The notes under the pieces are model-generated. The model had not been told where the DNA came from and did not search any database. It was given only the letters and a program-made list of their open reading frames with translations. A DNA stretch of 35,768 nucleotides from a virus. Its lineage: Duplodnaviria; Caudoviricetes. The position numbers and the translations under genes are program-made. The stretch is from the IMG/VR virus record IMGVR_UViG_3300031473_000144, positions 1 through 35,768 of that record; one strand, given 5' to 3'. This document shows, piece after piece, positions 33,948-35,768 of the stretch (within the stretch, counting starts at the first letter, position 1; each line of letters begins with the position of its first letter).

Positions 33948-34454
33948 ATGGACTACTTCCGCCGCAACTTCAAGGCCATCGCCGGCGCCCTGGTGGGCGT
34001 GCTGTCTGTACTCCTCCCCGCCTACGCCACCACCGGCACCATCAGCCCGCAGGATTGGGGTCTGGCCGTGGTCGCCCTGATCGGCGGGCACCAGATCGTG
34101 TACGCCACCCCGGCCAACAAGGTCACCGTGGAAACCGCGCTCGGGGTGGTGGTGCCGGTGCTGAGTAAGCGGTCGCCGTACGCTGCCGAGTCGCTGAAAG
34201 CTGCGATCAGCGCTGTGCCGGAGTACGTACCGACCGCGGTGGTTGCGAGCCCGCCCGCCCCCGAAGCTTTGAAGCCCGCCCCGGTGCCCGACGCGCCTGC
34301 CCCGGTGGTCCACGCCGGGCCGATCACCCCCCCGCCCAGCGTGGACGTCGTGACCGCGGTGCGCCCCCCGAGCCCGGTGCCGGTGGGGAACACCGCCGCC
34401 CCCGCCCCGCCTGTCTCCGAGCCCGTGGGAGCCACCGCGGCACCCGCGCCGTGA
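33948..34454 (+). CDS. Holin-like membrane protein with Pro/Ala-rich tail
   Basis: KAIAGALVGVL..DW..A.VAL..VYATPAN two-TM pattern immediately after the lysin. Confidence 0.7.
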   Translation: MDYFRRNFKAIAGALVGVLSVLLPAYATTGTISPQDWGLAVVALIGGHQIVYATPANKVTVETALGVVVPVLSKRSPYAAESLKAAISAVPEYVPTAVVASPPAPEALKPAPVPDAPAPVVHAGPITPPPSVDVVTAVRPPSPVPVGNTAAPAPPVSEPVGATAAPAP

Positions 34455-34954
34455 AGAGGGCACGGTTCCGCCTCGTAGAGCACCCCCGGCTGTGGCTCAA
34501 ACGCCCAGCATCCCGCCTGGGGCGGCGGGGGGGTGTGCTGCTCATCCTGGGCGTCATCTGGTTTTTCATCGGCATCTCCACGATCACCGACCCGTACGCC
34601 GCGGGCGGACCGCAGCTCGGTTTGTTCCACCAGGCGCTGCCGTCGTGGCTCAACGCCGGCCTGTGGTTGGGGACCTCCCTGCTCGCCCTGTCCGCTGCGT
34701 GGCGGCCTGCTGGGCGTCGCGACGACTGGGGGTACATGGCCCTGATCTTGATGCCCATCGTCCGCACCGCCTCCTACACCTGGGCGTGGATCGTCCACTT
34801 GGTCCCGGGAGGGCCGGACGGCGCCCCCAACGGGTGGCTGGGGGCCATCGTGTGGGCCACCGTTGTCATCCTCGTTTTCACCATCTCCGGGTGGCCAGAA
34901 ACCCCGTCCTTCATCCTCCCTATAGAAGGGGAAGATTCTGATGTCGTGGAGTGA
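34451..34954 (+). CDS. Four-TM membrane protein (lysis cassette)
   Basis: Four hydrophobic segments; coupled overlap. Confidence 0.75.
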   Translation: MKRARFRLVEHPRLWLKRPASRLGRRGGVLLILGVIWFFIGISTITDPYAAGGPQLGLFHQALPSWLNAGLWLGTSLLALSAAWRPAGRRDDWGYMALILMPIVRTASYTWAWIVHLVPGGPDGAPNGWLGAIVWATVVILVFTISGWPETPSFILPIEGEDSDVVE

Positions 34955-35360
34955 AGTCCTCGCCACCCTCGGCGGCGTCGCCGGAGCTGTCTTCACCTAC
35001 CTGGGGGTGCGGTACACCGGCCGGCAAGCTAAGGCCGCGGCGGCCATCACCCGCGCCGAGGACAAAGCCGTCATCGTCTCCCACGACGACGTGGAGCGGC
35101 GCAAAGACGCGATGGACGGGTACGAAACCCTGTCCAACAGTTTGCTGAAACGCCTCGGCAACCAAGACGAGCGGATCACCGAGATCGAGCTGCGGCAGGC
35201 GGCCACCGAACGGAAGCTTTACCAAACGCAGCGCGCCCTGCACAACGCCATCGCCTACGTCGAGCGTCTGCTCGACTTCATCAGTGCGCAGCTACCCGGG
35301 CACCCGAGCGTGCCACCGATGCCCACTGATGTGCGAGAACAGATGCGAGGGGAACACTGA
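34941..35360 (+). CDS. N-terminal TM plus coiled-coil protein (lysis accessory)
   Basis: VLATLGGVAGAVFTYLGV followed by heptads and a Pro-rich end. Confidence 0.75.
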   Translation: MSWSEVLATLGGVAGAVFTYLGVRYTGRQAKAAAAITRAEDKAVIVSHDDVERRKDAMDGYETLSNSLLKRLGNQDERITEIELRQAATERKLYQTQRALHNAIAYVERLLDFISAQLPGHPSVPPMPTDVREQMRGEH

Positions 35361-35605
35361 TGACCCTGCCCGCGAGCGTCCCCACGGTCCCGGAGTGGCA
35401 GCTGTGCCGGGTGCGTTGGTTCATCGGTGGCTACGGCGGCACCGGTGTGGTGGGCGCCACCGTGGCCTTCAGCTCCCCGGTGGAGAGGGTGTCGGCGCTC
35501 GCGTCGGGGAAAACCCTTGTGCGCGAGTTCCCGCCAGCTGGTTCGTACGTCGCCAGCCGTGTCAGCCGAGGACGTCGTAACCCTTCTGCCGACTCATACG
35601 CATAG
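35360..35605 (+). pseudogene. Probably truncated gene (structural-type N-terminus)
   Basis: Coupled TGATG start MTLPASVPTV; the 3' end runs 44 bp into a convergent gene. Confidence 0.4.
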
Positions 35606-35768
35606 CGGCAGCGATGTCGGTGACCGGACGCCCCTCGGCGCGCGCCTCGCGGGCAAGGTCGCGCCGCTGCTGGAGCAGCTGGGACACCTCGATCTGCGCC
35701 TGCTCCAGTGCATCGGCGAGCAGGCGCAGCGAGTCGAGGGTGGTCGGTGGCGACACGATGCCGGTCAC
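35562..35768 (-). CDS. Small HTH DNA-binding protein
   Basis: RRDLAREARAEGRPVTDIAAAMRMSRQKGYDVL HTH pattern. Confidence 0.7.
   Translation of the reverse strand: MTGIVSPPTTLDSLRLLADALEQAQIEVSQLLQQRRDLAREARAEGRPVTDIAAAMRMSRQKGYDVLG

Larger units (their letters stand above)
72..35768. mobile_element. Temperate siphovirus prophage (right end/att not in window)
   Basis: Ordered set of integration, immunity, replication, packaging, head, tail and lysis modules. Confidence 0.97.

Overview
This window is a nearly complete temperate siphovirus prophage of a high-GC actinobacterium (about 70% GC), with an HK97-type head and probably cos packaging. Left to right it holds the following. Bases 1-71 are the displaced 3' end of a host TrmA/RlmD-family RNA methyltransferase gene (PMTHHVECIAL), which marks the left attachment junction. 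A leftward lysogeny block carries the tyrosine integrase, an ImmA/IrrE metalloprotease, a membrane protein, a lipoprotein and the repressor. A divergent early operon carries Cro, Xis, MazG-like, J-domain, exonuclease, RecT-like, replication initiator plus iteron origin, RuvC-like and a Zn-ribbon/HTH-DUF6221-like ORF. Next come HNH, terminases, portal, protease and capsid, then a tail module with a -1 frameshifted chaperone and a 1052-aa tape measure. Three linked tail-fibre genes follow, the last with a low-GC swapped segment and an S74 chaperone. The end has a degenerate thermonuclease, a GH25 endolysin and three membrane proteins. The right att site is not in the window. The most notable observations are a split motif-plus-domain 'daisy chain' among the tail fibres, a 28-bp direct-repeat-bounded envelope-gene cassette behind the repressor, a PafBC-like promoter before ImmA, and an origin with covarying palindromes crossed by a doubly coupled ORF. 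All family assignments come from motif recognition by eye; no searches were run.
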